Shown here: in pieces, positions 25,701 through 37,054 of the stretch
How the letters are laid out: each line of letters opens with the position of its first letter
Numbering within the stretch: the first letter of the stretch is position 1
Assembly (NCBI GenBank): GCA_032718475.1
Contig: JAUCBJ010002291.1
Coordinates: 1 to 64,000, forward strand
DNA: 64,000 nucleotides
Direction: 5' to 3'
DNA from: Nemertoderma westbladi
Lineage: Eukaryota; Animalia; Xenacoelomorpha
Notes under the pieces: generated by a model
What the model was told of the DNA's origin: nothing
Databases searched by the model: none
Seen by the model: only the letters and a program-made list of their open reading frames with translations
Position numbers and translations under genes: made by a program

Positions 25701-28700
25701 CGCCATCGTCTGGCCTCCAGTCCCATCAGTCTCGTCATATTTTACCGGCGGTTCCTGGCACTCATCCTTCCTGTGTCCTCCTACCGCGCATCAATGACAT
25801 AGTCCATTCTTACCCGTATAGGCTACCCGATCTTGTTTAAGCAACGCCTGCCAGTGTTTACAACCGAACCTATGTAATTGGCATTTGTATTGGGGGTTGT
25901 AGCGTTCCTTGTATAGTGCTTCATGTATTGCGCTTAGATTCATATCTAGCGGTTTAGTGTTTTGGTTACTTGGACTCGCGGCCTGCTGAGAGTATTGGGT
26001 TTATATTTGTTTGTGTTGTTACTTTGCTTCTGTCCCTGCCACGGTGTGGCTCTACTTCCATCTCTCTGTGGACTAGAAGTCCCCTGCGTGGCCGCATACA
26101 GTAGCAACTGCCTCACCTTCGGAAGTACATTTGCCGCCCTATGTTCGGGTTTGGGTTGGCTGTATTCGGTTTTTGGTGCCTTTCCTAGACTGTCCTCACT
26201 ATAGACTGGATCTGTTATTAACTCCACCTCGTAGTTAAGGAAGTTCGACATCTCCTCCAACCCTGGCTCCGCACCTTTCTTTTCTCGGGGCGATTCGGCC
26301 CACCCACTATATTTTTGTAATTGTCCAATGAAATCCTACAAAATTTGGGCTGTTGGTGAAACAACTATAGATGATGACTACCAAACCTTAAAAAGTTAAA
26401 ATTTCATAATTTTGATGAAAAATAAAAGTATTCCCAGGACAAAATTACAAAATTTTTCGTTTTCTAAAAACTAATAGTGTGGCAGTGTTGGCTAGATTTA
26501 GTAGGTTTTTCAAGACGCTTACATAGTTGCATACAAGCTTACATACTTGTATAGAGCATTAGAGTGATCCAAACCAATAAAAATAAATAAAAATAGCCCA
26601 AACATAAATAATTACTAAATCACGAATGACTTTGTAAAATTCGAAAATTTCAAAAAATTTGGTGCTGGAGACCAAATTTTGAGGTGGCACCCACATCGAA
26701 AAGTAGAAATTCAATTACAACATCGTTTTTTGCAAAAGATGCGGCATTAAATTTGGCTAATTCTCAATAAAAATTGGGCCGGTACGTAATGTGGTTGCAT
26801 AGTTACAGCAACTAAAAACTAGGAAGGGGCCGTTTTTGGTTGTGTATATTGCGGATACTGTAGTGGGGGAATGTCACCCTGTCCCCTCCCTCCCCCCACC
26901 GATGTTATGTTTGGTACTGAGGTTGATGTCATTATATTCGGGCCCATACACCTATCTGCAATACCCCCCCCTCCCCTGGATATATATTGTATCCATGCAT
27001 GTTACAGTCATACTGATGTGCAGGTACCAGTATAGGCCTATCAGGTTCTTGCCTACTAACTGGTATGTATGCCGCAATCTCCGGGTCCAATCCCGGCATC
27101 CGTACTACCCTATTGCCTACACTATCTCTTCCAGCATGGCCTATAGTATGTGCAGTAAGGCCTACAGTATGTCCTGCAGTCTGCCTGTGTCCTTCCGGAT
27201 CGAAGTTTAATCTTCTTGAATATTCCAAGAACTCCTCCCCGCGACTACCATATCCTCGATTGGTAGCTACATTCCAACGGAAGTTTCCCTCCAATCCCCT
27301 CTTCTGTCTTCTTCCTCGTACCGGTACACTCTGTACCCCTCTCCCGGTGTGTGGTATATTTTGCCAGGTTGTGTTTCTCCGGGTGACAGCAATCTCCCAA
27401 AGTATGACCCCACCGGCTCTCTCTCTCTCTCTCCACTTCGACTATCGACGGTTCGCTGTCCGTCCTTTCTCTCTGGTTGCCCGTAGCAACACTTCCTCGT
27501 CCCTCCTCACTTCTTTTGATTTCAGCATAATGTCCTCCTTCATGAGATCTCGTATCGACCTCCTGGATGAACTCCACTGTTCTTCTTCCGCCTTCCGAGT
27601 GGGCTCGATGTTTCCTCGTTTGGCCGCGCACCAATGTCCCTCCCTCTGCCCGGTTGGACATCCCCGTGGATATTCGCAGTCCTCTTATTATCATCTGTCA
27701 TCGGGTGCCACGGTTCATTTATCTCACCGCGTGCATTATCTGCCGACGCTCCTGGGGCCTCTGTTGCCCCCCCCCCCCCCCCTTTCATCCGTCGTCGGGT
27801 GCCACGGTTCACTTAACTCACCGCGCGCATTATCTGCCGACGCTCGTGGGGCGTTTGTTGCCCCCCACCCCCCCCCCCCCTTTCCTCCATCTTCGGGTGC
27901 CACAGTCCACTTAACTCACCGCGTGCATTATCTGCCGACGCTCATGGGGCGTTTTTTGACCCCCCCCCCTCTCGTCATTAATTGGTTGGTGTGGGGTGCC
28001 CATAGCCCCCACCCCCCACCCCGTCACCTCTTATCTCGCCCTCATGCCCATGTTCCCCTCCAGTCGACACATTAGTTCTATCTTCACTGGGTTTATTTAG
28101 CCGAGTTCCTCCCTGCGCAACTGCGTGGCTTTGTAGGCCTTCTCTAGGCATATTGCCTGTTTCCCCTACGTTTATATTAATTGTACCGCCACTAGCTTCA
28201 CCCTGTTGATTTATAACGTCGTTATTTAGGTTATATTGATTAATCTCGCCGGGATTATTTATTATATTATTATTTGACGTACCCGGATTGTTATTTAAAT
28301 TATTCAAATTATTTTGTTCACTGATATTTACATTATTATTTAAATTATTTTGTTCACTGTTATTAAAATTATTACATAAATTATTTTGTTCACCGTTATT
28401 AAAATTATTACCAAGTAAAATATTATTTCCTGCAAGAAGACTAACGGAAGACTACGGTACTATTAATATTAACGTTTTCACCAAAAGTATTATCATTACC
28501 CCCCCCCCCCCCCCCCCCCCCCGCCCGTACGGTCACACCAGTCTTGGGTCTGTCGTCCGGTACCTGTAAGTGGGGTATTAATAAAGGTTTCCATCACCTC
28601 TGGTTCCTCATAAATACTTCCCGAACCAGCCTCGCTCTCTGATAAACCCATTTTTGCCAGTTCTAATCGGCGCTTTTGCTTCGCCTGATACTGCATTAAC

Positions 28701-29866
28701 CCCTCAACCGGGTATGCATATCATCCCCCATTCGTTTACCCGCCCTCTCTCTCTCTCTCTCTCCTCTCTAACACTCTGGTCGGCTAACTCTGCCTCTCTC
28801 GCCTCTCGTTCTCTACGCTCGTTCACTTCTCTCTCAATCCTCTCAGCTTTCCTCGCTTCCCACTCTTTGCGCTCATTCTCTTCTCTCTCAATCCTCTCAG
28901 CTTTCCTTGCTTCCTGCTCTCTGCGCGTGTTCTCTCCCCTCGCCTCTTGTTCTTTGCGCTCACTCAATTCTCTCTCCTCCCGCTCTCTGTAGTTTCTCGC
29001 CACCCTCTCGGCCCTCTCTTTACACTCTTTCGCTAGTTCCCTCTCCCTCTCTAGTAACGCGGTCCCCTCATCCAGCTGTCTCTCTAATTCCTTTTGATCC
29101 AGTGCGACAATGTCTAGTTGACACGCCAGATCTATCTCTAACACCCTTCTTGCTTTCGCAGAGGATGTAGCGGACTTTTCGGTTGCGACGCACTCCCGTC
29201 GCCTGCTCATCCTACTAATTTTCATGTGCTTACTGGGATTCCTACTAACTGACGACACTGAATCTTCGGGGTTGACCTCGGATTCGGTGTCGTGCGGGTC
29301 TGCCCATCCCACTAACTTAATCCCCCTCGCATCTACTAGATAAGGCCATACGTACACCACACTGGCCTCCACCACCTCGGATCGCCACAATTCGAACAGT
29401 TCTGTGGCGACCCCCCTCGTCTTCTCACTTGCTAGTTCCCCCTACCCAAATCGGACTAGGTAGCTAAAATGTTTTTTGCACTCACCTAGCCTCTGGTACA
29501 ACTTGGGCTGGTCTACCTTTCTTCCCTCTCTAGCGTCCTTCAACAACCTCCTGGTGGCAGTGTACCCTCGTTGTAGGTGATCGCTCATCCCGACGTCTTC
29601 CTCCTGGACTTGGCCTTCCCTCCTCGTCCAGCGCCGTACCGTTAGCCCCACCATTGCCGTTCCGGTGGGCCGTTCGCCGCCCTCAGCCACTGGTTGACTG
29701 GTGACTTTGGTACCTCGTTTGCCGCTGTGATCTCGCATCGACTCGCTCTCCTCTCTTCCTCGTCCCTTGTTGGCGAATCCAGTATGGCGGGCCGGTACTG
29801 CCTCGTCGCTGCTTCCCGAATCGTCTCATTTCTGTCACTCGGGATTCGCATCTTGTGTCCGCTCAT
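25700..29866 (-). pseudogene. gag: Element A gag, fragmented
   Basis: E/R-rich coiled coil (28704-29390), Asn- and Gly-rich low-complexity tracts, BEL motif FLNYEVELITDPVYS (25946-26260), degenerate knuckles CQLH.../LCH*CAVGGHRKDEC. Confidence 0.72.
26295..26830. mobile_element. AT-rich DNA-repeat fragment inside element A gag
   Basis: Sharp GC drop; AAAATTTGGTGCTGG...AAATTTT...CGAAAA motif shared with the 50590-51290 repeat family. Confidence 0.6.
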
Positions 29867-29960
29867 GTTGGCGTCATTGTGGTCACAGTTCCTTTAGGTT
29901 GTTGGGTTGTTGGTAGTTTTAACTCGGCAGTTTTAACTGTGAGTTGATTGGCGTTTTAAC

Positions 29961-30586
29961 TGTGACGGGATCCACTGGAGTTGGCAGTAATGAATCTCGA
30001 CCGGTGTGTGTTATACACATCACCGCGTAGGCTGCTAAAGGTGTAGTCTGGATCTATATAGTAGGCCGAAGGCTGTTCAAATAACTGAGTTTTACTGTCA
30101 GTGTTTATAATCGCAGAACATAATAATAGCACAGTCTGAATATAATAGCACGGTAGTGACGACGGTTAAAACTGTTCCGGTCTGACAACTGTATAGGAAC
30201 CAACTGAACTAGTAATCAATAACTGCAACGGTTATATTATTATTAACACATACTAAATTAGCTCTACACTACTGAGTGGCCTGAGTGTCCAATAGATGCG
30301 CTCTAATCACTCCCAATGTTCTCTCCCACTCACCATTAGCTTAACCTGATTAATTGTCACCTCGCCACTCCCTGTTGCCACTATTCCCACGTGCTAGCCT
30401 TACTAGCCAGTTTGTCCCTCTGAGGTGGTTTGACCTCTCAACTCTCCCTGTGGCATACGGCGTATATCGCCTTAGTTGGTTGTGAGGTGACATTATTATT
30501 GCTATTGTCACCTCGCCAACTATAATTGGTAAAATGCCACTAATCCCATTTTCGGTGGGTAGTGCAGGGAATTGAATCCGCTTACA
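29961..30586 (-). repeat. 5' LTR of element A
   Basis: Minus strand TGTAAGC...CGTCACA; direct repeat of 19081-19713; gag starts ~100 nt downstream. Confidence 0.92.
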
Positions 30587-31479
30587 TAAACCCCAAATTA
30601 AAGACCAGAATAGAACTACCACTCATAGATGGATCCCTTCAAATTCGATGGAACTAAACATGAAGTATACATACAATTCCATACATACCACAACAAAATA
30701 CTATCAAAGAACTTATCAGCATCCGACCTTCACGACATCGTGTGCCAAAACACCTAGATATAGAAGATGGTTTCCAATTACCTTTTAATGGATTATAGAC
30801 AGTGAGTGCAGACATCCGGCAAATATCATATCAGGTAGATTCTAAAAAGCCTCATAACAACAAACATAACAGATAATCTACCGAGTATTAAGGCCTTCGC
30901 AAACAGAATAAAGGAGGCACTCATCACACTAAAAACTCTTAACAAGCCTCAGGAATTTAACTCCTCATCTAACATGACATTGTAGAACCCCTATCAAAAT
31001 TAACACTTTGACTGTCTTTGACGCACCGGTGCGTCAAATGGTAGTCAATAGATTGTGTCATGACGCATATAACCGTCATTGATTCAAACTATGATGTAGA
31101 GGAAATTGTAGGTGATTTGTTAAAATTTCATGTGCCACCTTGTGAACAGATCCCAAATTCATTTTGTGACATCATCCATGACGCATATATGCGTCATATT
31201 ACCACTGCACAATGTCTTAAAAAATATAAAAAATATACCGAGATTCAGGATTTGGAGGCAACTAGAGAGCTTTATAATTATGCCAGAATATGAAATCTAT
31301 AATAAAGTTTTGGTGAGTGTGAAACAGAAAACACCAGGCACAACCCAAAGGCTCTTCTCTCTTGGCTATTACTTGTAAAACAGGGATGTCGCCACACTAA
31401 CTCCCAAGGGAGTACACTCTGAAACTACACAATACTTTTCTACTCCCCACATAGAAGACTGGTTTCCATTTTACCTCAG

Positions 31480-32185
31480 GCATTGCACAGACACACTAAC
31501 CTTGTTCCACCCAGCACCACCCTGCAGATACACCAATCTTACCTCCAACCAGCACCACCCTGCAGACACACCAAACTCGCCTCCACCCAGCACCACCCTA
31601 CAGACACACCAACATTGCCTCCAACAAGCACCACCCTGCAGACACACCAACCTCGCCTCCGCCCTGCAGACACACCAACCTTGCCTCCACCCAGCACCAC
31701 CCTGCAGACACACCAACCTCGCCTCCACCCTGCAGACACACCAACATTGCCTCCACCCAGCACCATTTTGTATTACATGAGTCAATAGACGAGTCAGTTT
31801 CTTGCAGACACACCAACCTTGCCTCCACCCAGCACCACCCTGCAGACACACCACCTTGCCTCCACCCAGCACCACCCTGCAGACATACCAACATTGCCTC
31901 CACCCAGCACCATCCTGCAGACACACCAACCTCGCCTCCGCCCTGCAGATACACCAACCTTGGCTCCACCCAGCACCACCTTACAGATACACCAACCTTG
32001 CCTCCACCCTGCACCACCCTGCAGTCACATCAACCTTGCCTCCACCCAGCACCACCCTGCAGACACACCAACCTTGCCTCCACCCAGCACCACCCTGCAG
32101 ACACACCACCTTGCCTCCACCCAGCACCACCCTGCAGACACATCAACCTTTCCTCCACCCTGCAGACGCACCAACCTTGCCTCAG
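31480..32185. repeat. Minisatellite, 38 bp unit with ~30 bp variants
   Basis: CCACCCTGCAGACACACCAACCTTGCCTCCACCCAGCA in tandem; explains the stacked spurious ORFs at 31471-32282. Confidence 0.93.
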
Positions 32186-33081
32186 TGACGCATATTTGCA
32201 TCACTGACTCATTTTGGTAAACTGCCATTTGTAGGTTTTCAGTGACGCATATATGCGTCACGATTAAATTTTTCTTTGACACATAAACACAACCTATTTT
32301 ATGATTTTATAACACTCAAAGTGAATGAAATGACGGACAGGCAGCTGATAGAAATTAACCGTATCCTACCGGTACTGCTGCACTGTCTGACTTTATCGAA
32401 TATTAATACGAAAATATAATATCGTTCAACTACACACAATATTATGTTTGCGAATTAGCGTGATGCTAAAATTTTAACGAAATTAACCATTTTTCAGCAC
32501 AAAATTAGATATTTCAACAAAAATTTAACAACTTCCTTGGAATAATATTTTTTCTATCTTTGGTCATTTATAGAACATGTTAGTAGAAAAAAATAGACAT
32601 ATTCCGAAATTTTCAAGAGTTGCCCGAACCTGGTCAATTTTGTGGTCAAATCTGGATTACGTTGTATAGCAGTAATACTACGTATGGCTCTTCGGGGAGT
32701 GAGAATAATTTAAACGTTAATAACTCCAGTTCAACTGTGCCGTTTTAACTGTAACAAACACCGATGGAAAGACAATAAAATTATCTGTTGGATTATATGC
32801 TACAACCTGTAAAAAGATTTTAATGTATGTGATGCAAATAGTTACGAATATTTGAACATAGTGATTGCAATGTGAAATATTTAAGAGAAACTCGGCCATT
32901 TATATATTATTCTGTGTAATGTACAGTAGACCTAATGTTTATTATAACATGGCTGAGGTGATCTTCAATTACTTTGGTTACATTTTGTCACTTTACTGAT
33001 CTGATAATCCATTGCGATGGTAAATAAAAACAGTGATCAATTAATACTTGCCTGGAATAATAATTACACGCCTACTGATAG

Positions 33082-33526
33082 TTGCTTTATTGCGGCCTAC
33101 TGATGTTGCTTTATTGCGGCCTACTTAAAATATTTGCTTTATTGCGGCCTACTTAAAATATTTGCTTTATTGCGGCCTACTTAAAATATTTGCTTTATTG
33201 CGGCCTACTTAAAATATTTGCTTTATTGCGGCCTACTTAAAATATTTGCTTTATTGCGGCCTAATTAAAATATTTGCTTTATTGCGGCCTACTTAAGATA
33301 TTTGCTTTATTGCGGCCTACTTAAAATATTTGCTTTATTGGGGCCTACTTAAAATATTTGCTTTATTGCGGCCTACTTAAATTATTTGCTTTATTGCGGC
33401 CTACATAAAATATTTGCTTTATTGCGGCCTACTTAAGATATTTGCTTTATTGCGGCCTACTTAAAATATTTGCTTTATTGGGGCCTACTTAAAATATTTG
33501 CTTTATTGCGGCCTACTTAAGATATT
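33082..33526. repeat. 28 bp tandem array, left arm (~16 copies), split by element B
   Basis: Unit TTTGCTTTATTGCGGCCTACTTAAAATA; continues in register after 44838. Confidence 0.96.
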
Positions 33527-34804
33527 TGTAAAAGCTTTTGCGGAATTGCCCGGTTATTTTTCCCCGTAAAGTACTCTGTAGTTGGTTTAGCAGGCATAAA
33601 AGGCCGTGTCATTGCTGTACCGGTGTTTTTAGGGGACATAAAAGCTATTTCTTCTGTATGTGTACTTTAGAGGACATAATTAGCAATTCTATGACGCAAC
33701 GCCCTAGATCCTCTTGAAACAGTGTCGTTACTATGACGACAGCTAACGGCTGAGCTTTACATGTGTAGCTTGCCCGGAGCCTTGCTTGGTTCTTTGTTCT
33801 GCTCAGCTCAAAATGACGACATCTATCAGCTGTGTCCACTTGGAGCTTTTTGCCATTCGACCAATCAGAGATTCCCTCTTTGTGTAAAAGCTGTACAGCA
33901 GAATTACAGGATTCAGTACTGACGTTTCCCCCACGCCTAGAACACCGGCCGGGGAATGTTTTCTGACATTAGAGCGTCTTTAATTATAAGATCATCAAAC
34001 GGTTATCTCGGTTTTGCACCTCGGTCTTGGTCAACTCGGTTAACTCGGTACTGACTACAGCACCACGGTTTTGCACCTCGGCATATGATTAAGCACCCTG
34101 ACGTAAACTGCTTTTCGCCGCATTATTTACTGCTATTTACTGTGTTGTTAATTGTATCGTTCGTTTACATATTATTATTGGGAAGAATATTGATAACGAT
34201 CCAAAAACCCAATCATCTTGATACACTAAGGTTAGAGAGACCGGTTACATATAACAATTTGCGACATACATTATCGTGGTTTGTAGTGAGTTCAATGCTA
34301 CTTAATAGGCCCTACAAATGTCGGTTGTTATTCTCTTTATATATGATTAAAATCAGTGAATGTCGGCAATTCAGTGTGCAGTTGTGTGCAATAGTTTGCG
34401 TGTGCTTGACCGAGTAACAAAGCATTTCCTAAAGAATGCACTTTGGTGATCTATAAGACATACCGTTGTGTATAGTGTAAGTCATAGCTCTGTTTAAATA
34501 GATAGAGCGCCACGTCCTAAAGGAACTGCTAATATTTCCCAAAAGGTGAATAATATTTGTCAGAGATTATATATTAACGATCAATCGAATAGTACGGTAG
34601 GCCTGCACCGCAATCAAATTAAAGCATCCAAATCCAGTCTCCCGGGTATATCCATCGGGTGAATGGTCGCGCACAGACTGGCTTTGGCTAATGTTAGAAT
34701 TATTATAGGTGTTCAATACTTGTCATAGGCTGGAGTAGATTTATAACCTAGAAGACATATAGATTTGGCGGGTTAAACTGCCAAAGGTCTTAAAAGCGCG
34801 AACA
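33527..34804 (+). repeat. 5' LTR of element B (1278 bp)
   Basis: Starts TGTAAAAGC, ends GCGAACA; contains CCAATCAG (33861) and TAATTATAAG (33981). Confidence 0.95.
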
Positions 34805-37054
34805 ATAACCGTTTGCTAAATTATTGATTGCAGTGTAGGCAATAAATACAGTTTAATATTGTTCTGGTAAGAACAATAACCGTTTGTAGGATCTTGATTG
34901 CGGCGTAAGCGATCAAGACTAAAGTACCGGTCGACCGGTAACCAGTAGGCCTGACTGCCTGATCATCCGGACTGGTACTTACAACAGTACAGGTACAGCA
35001 GTATTATTCGATTTTGATAATTATATACCGGTAGGTCTTGATATTAAATCGGGGACTGCAGCCCTGGTTTTTTATTGGGATTTTTACTTATTTCTGTCAG
35101 TTTTATTTACTAGTAGGCTAATATTGAGCAGAAGGCGTGTAACCCTGCTCAGATTGTTCAGATAATTGTAGGCTGGACTGTTGTCTGACTGTTGATTGGG
35201 TCTGGAGAGATTGCGGCGTGTGTAGAGTCTTTCCGATAAAGTGCCAGTTAGTAAGTTGGGGCATCTTGAGTTGGAAGGTCAACCCCCTCCTAAAGAATAA
35301 GTCGTACTACCGTGTTAGAACGCATACTAACTAACCATTTTGGAATCTGCATATACTGTAGTTTATTTAGGCTTGATAGTAGTCTGCCAGCGTTTTAGCC
35401 TGTGTTTGTTTGTGTGGTCTGTTCAGGTACCGTAATAGTTATTATTCAGATATTTTGTAGGCTGGATTGTTGTCTGGCTGTTATTAGGTCTGAAGGGATT
35501 GCTGTGTGTGTAGAGTGTCTGTCCGATAAAGTGACGGTTAGGAAGTAGGGGCAGCCAGAGCTGTAAGGTAAATCCCCACCTAAAGAATAAGTCGTACTAC
35601 TAGGTTAGAACGCATACTAACTAACTATTTCGGAATCTGCACATACTGTAATTTATTTAGGCTTGATGGTAGTCTGCCAGCATTTGGTTTGTAATTTGTT
35701 TGAGTAGTTTGTACGGGTAGCGTAATATTTATTATTCAGAGTTTATGCGATTATTCGCAACATTCATATCCCTAAGTTTATTCCTACAGTAATTGTGCTT
35801 GTTATATATACCGTTATAGTTAAATTAACCCCGGTACTACACGGGCTGCTTGGCGTAGGTAAAGACTGGTGATCTTGTGCACTGGTCACTCCAGCAGATG
35901 CCGTGGTTCTTTTAGCTGTTCAAGTATTTTTTAACTACTGATTATTTGTTGTACAAGTACTTGTACCTAATTTAGGGTTTAGTGTACAGTGCTTTCCGAG
36001 GGTAATTAGTGTGTAGGCAGTATATTTGTGTTGTAAAGTAATTAATAGGCACGTTGGTTCTGGTAGACCGCGGTAATTAACTTCTAGGTAGGGACACTCC
36101 GTGATACATAACGTAGTACCTATAGCGATACGGCTATAGGTCGTCAGACGGTGGTATTTTCCTATCTGGACAACACAGTGTATTTACTACTACTTATTAT
36201 TTTCAAATACCGTAGTATCCTGTCCGTTGTAATAACCAGAAAATCTAACACTCTGTTAGACTGGTTTGTAGTTCCCTGTAAAATTACCCTAAAATTTCGT
36301 ACGTAATATTTTTGTTGTGTTTAATTAGAGATTTAATCTCACCCGTATCGTAAGTAATTCGTAGATAAGTAACTTAGGAAGTAGAATTATTTGTTTTAAT
36401 GTCCAATAAGTAGCACTTCACTGAGAACGCACAGCCTTTGTGTAGTGACTACTTCCCAGAAATAATAACATCTATTTCAATATTGTAACAAAACCCCTCA
36501 TACGGGTATATATAAATCCACTAAATCTATTAATAAAATAGTAGGCCTGTTATACAACACTTAGGTCTTAATATCAGTTGGACTGCTGCTCAAATAACGG
36601 TAATAAAGTAAGTAAAGTAACCAAGTAACCCCTAACATTCAGAAATTCAATTATTTTTAAAATAATTGACATACCGGTATTTACAATAGGCTTATTATAT
36701 TTATTCTATAAATTTAGGCTGAAATCATACCGGTATTCTGTAATTAATTATAGTCTGTAATAATTATACTTATATATAATATAAGTGTCAGCTGTATACC
36801 GGTATTCACGATAGGCCTATTATATATTTATATATATTTGTGCTAAAATTATATACCGGTATTCTGTGACAAATCTAGTCTGTAATAATACTTATATATC
36901 TACTAAAAGCATACCGGTATTCTAGTATATTATATATATCACGCTACACTGAGTAGCAGTATCGGTAATTAATTATTAGGCTAACAGTGATACTGAATTA
37001 CTAGACTTGCTTTAACTGTAATATAGCAGTAGGCATTCAACTGTACAAACAAAC

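Larger units (their letters stand above)
19081..30586 (-). mobile_element. BEL/Pao LTR retrotransposon A (11.5 kb, non-autonomous, with accessory exonuclease gene)
   Basis: Two ~630 bp LTRs, minus-strand PPT GGAGGGGAG (19714-19722), imperfect 5-bp TSD TCAAC/TAAAC, BEL-type gag, protease and integrase-remnant motifs. Confidence 0.9.

Noticed and set aside
27065-28075. 336 aa plus-strand ORF and other antisense ORFs (24746-25408, 37999-38499)
   Set aside because: Shadow frames of GC-rich gag/pol on the opposite strand, with no motifs.
30590-30990. Possible LINE 3' remnant (LPSIKAFANRIKEAL)
   Set aside because: Too decayed to support a call.
31471-32282. Stacked Cys/Trp- or Pro/Thr-rich ORFs (also 23395-23921, 48048-48344, 48404-49421)
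   Set aside because: Open in several frames on both strands because of stop-poor minisatellites.
32717-32816. Candidate extra exon on the minus strand (good acceptor ctttttacag)
   Set aside because: Hits a stop at once in the required phase; exon 2 joins exon 3 seamlessly without it.
33082-33526. CRISPR-like 28 bp repeats (also the 11.5 kb and 23.4 kb arrays)
   Set aside because: Units are contiguous with no unique spacers, there are no cas genes, and the context is eukaryotic.
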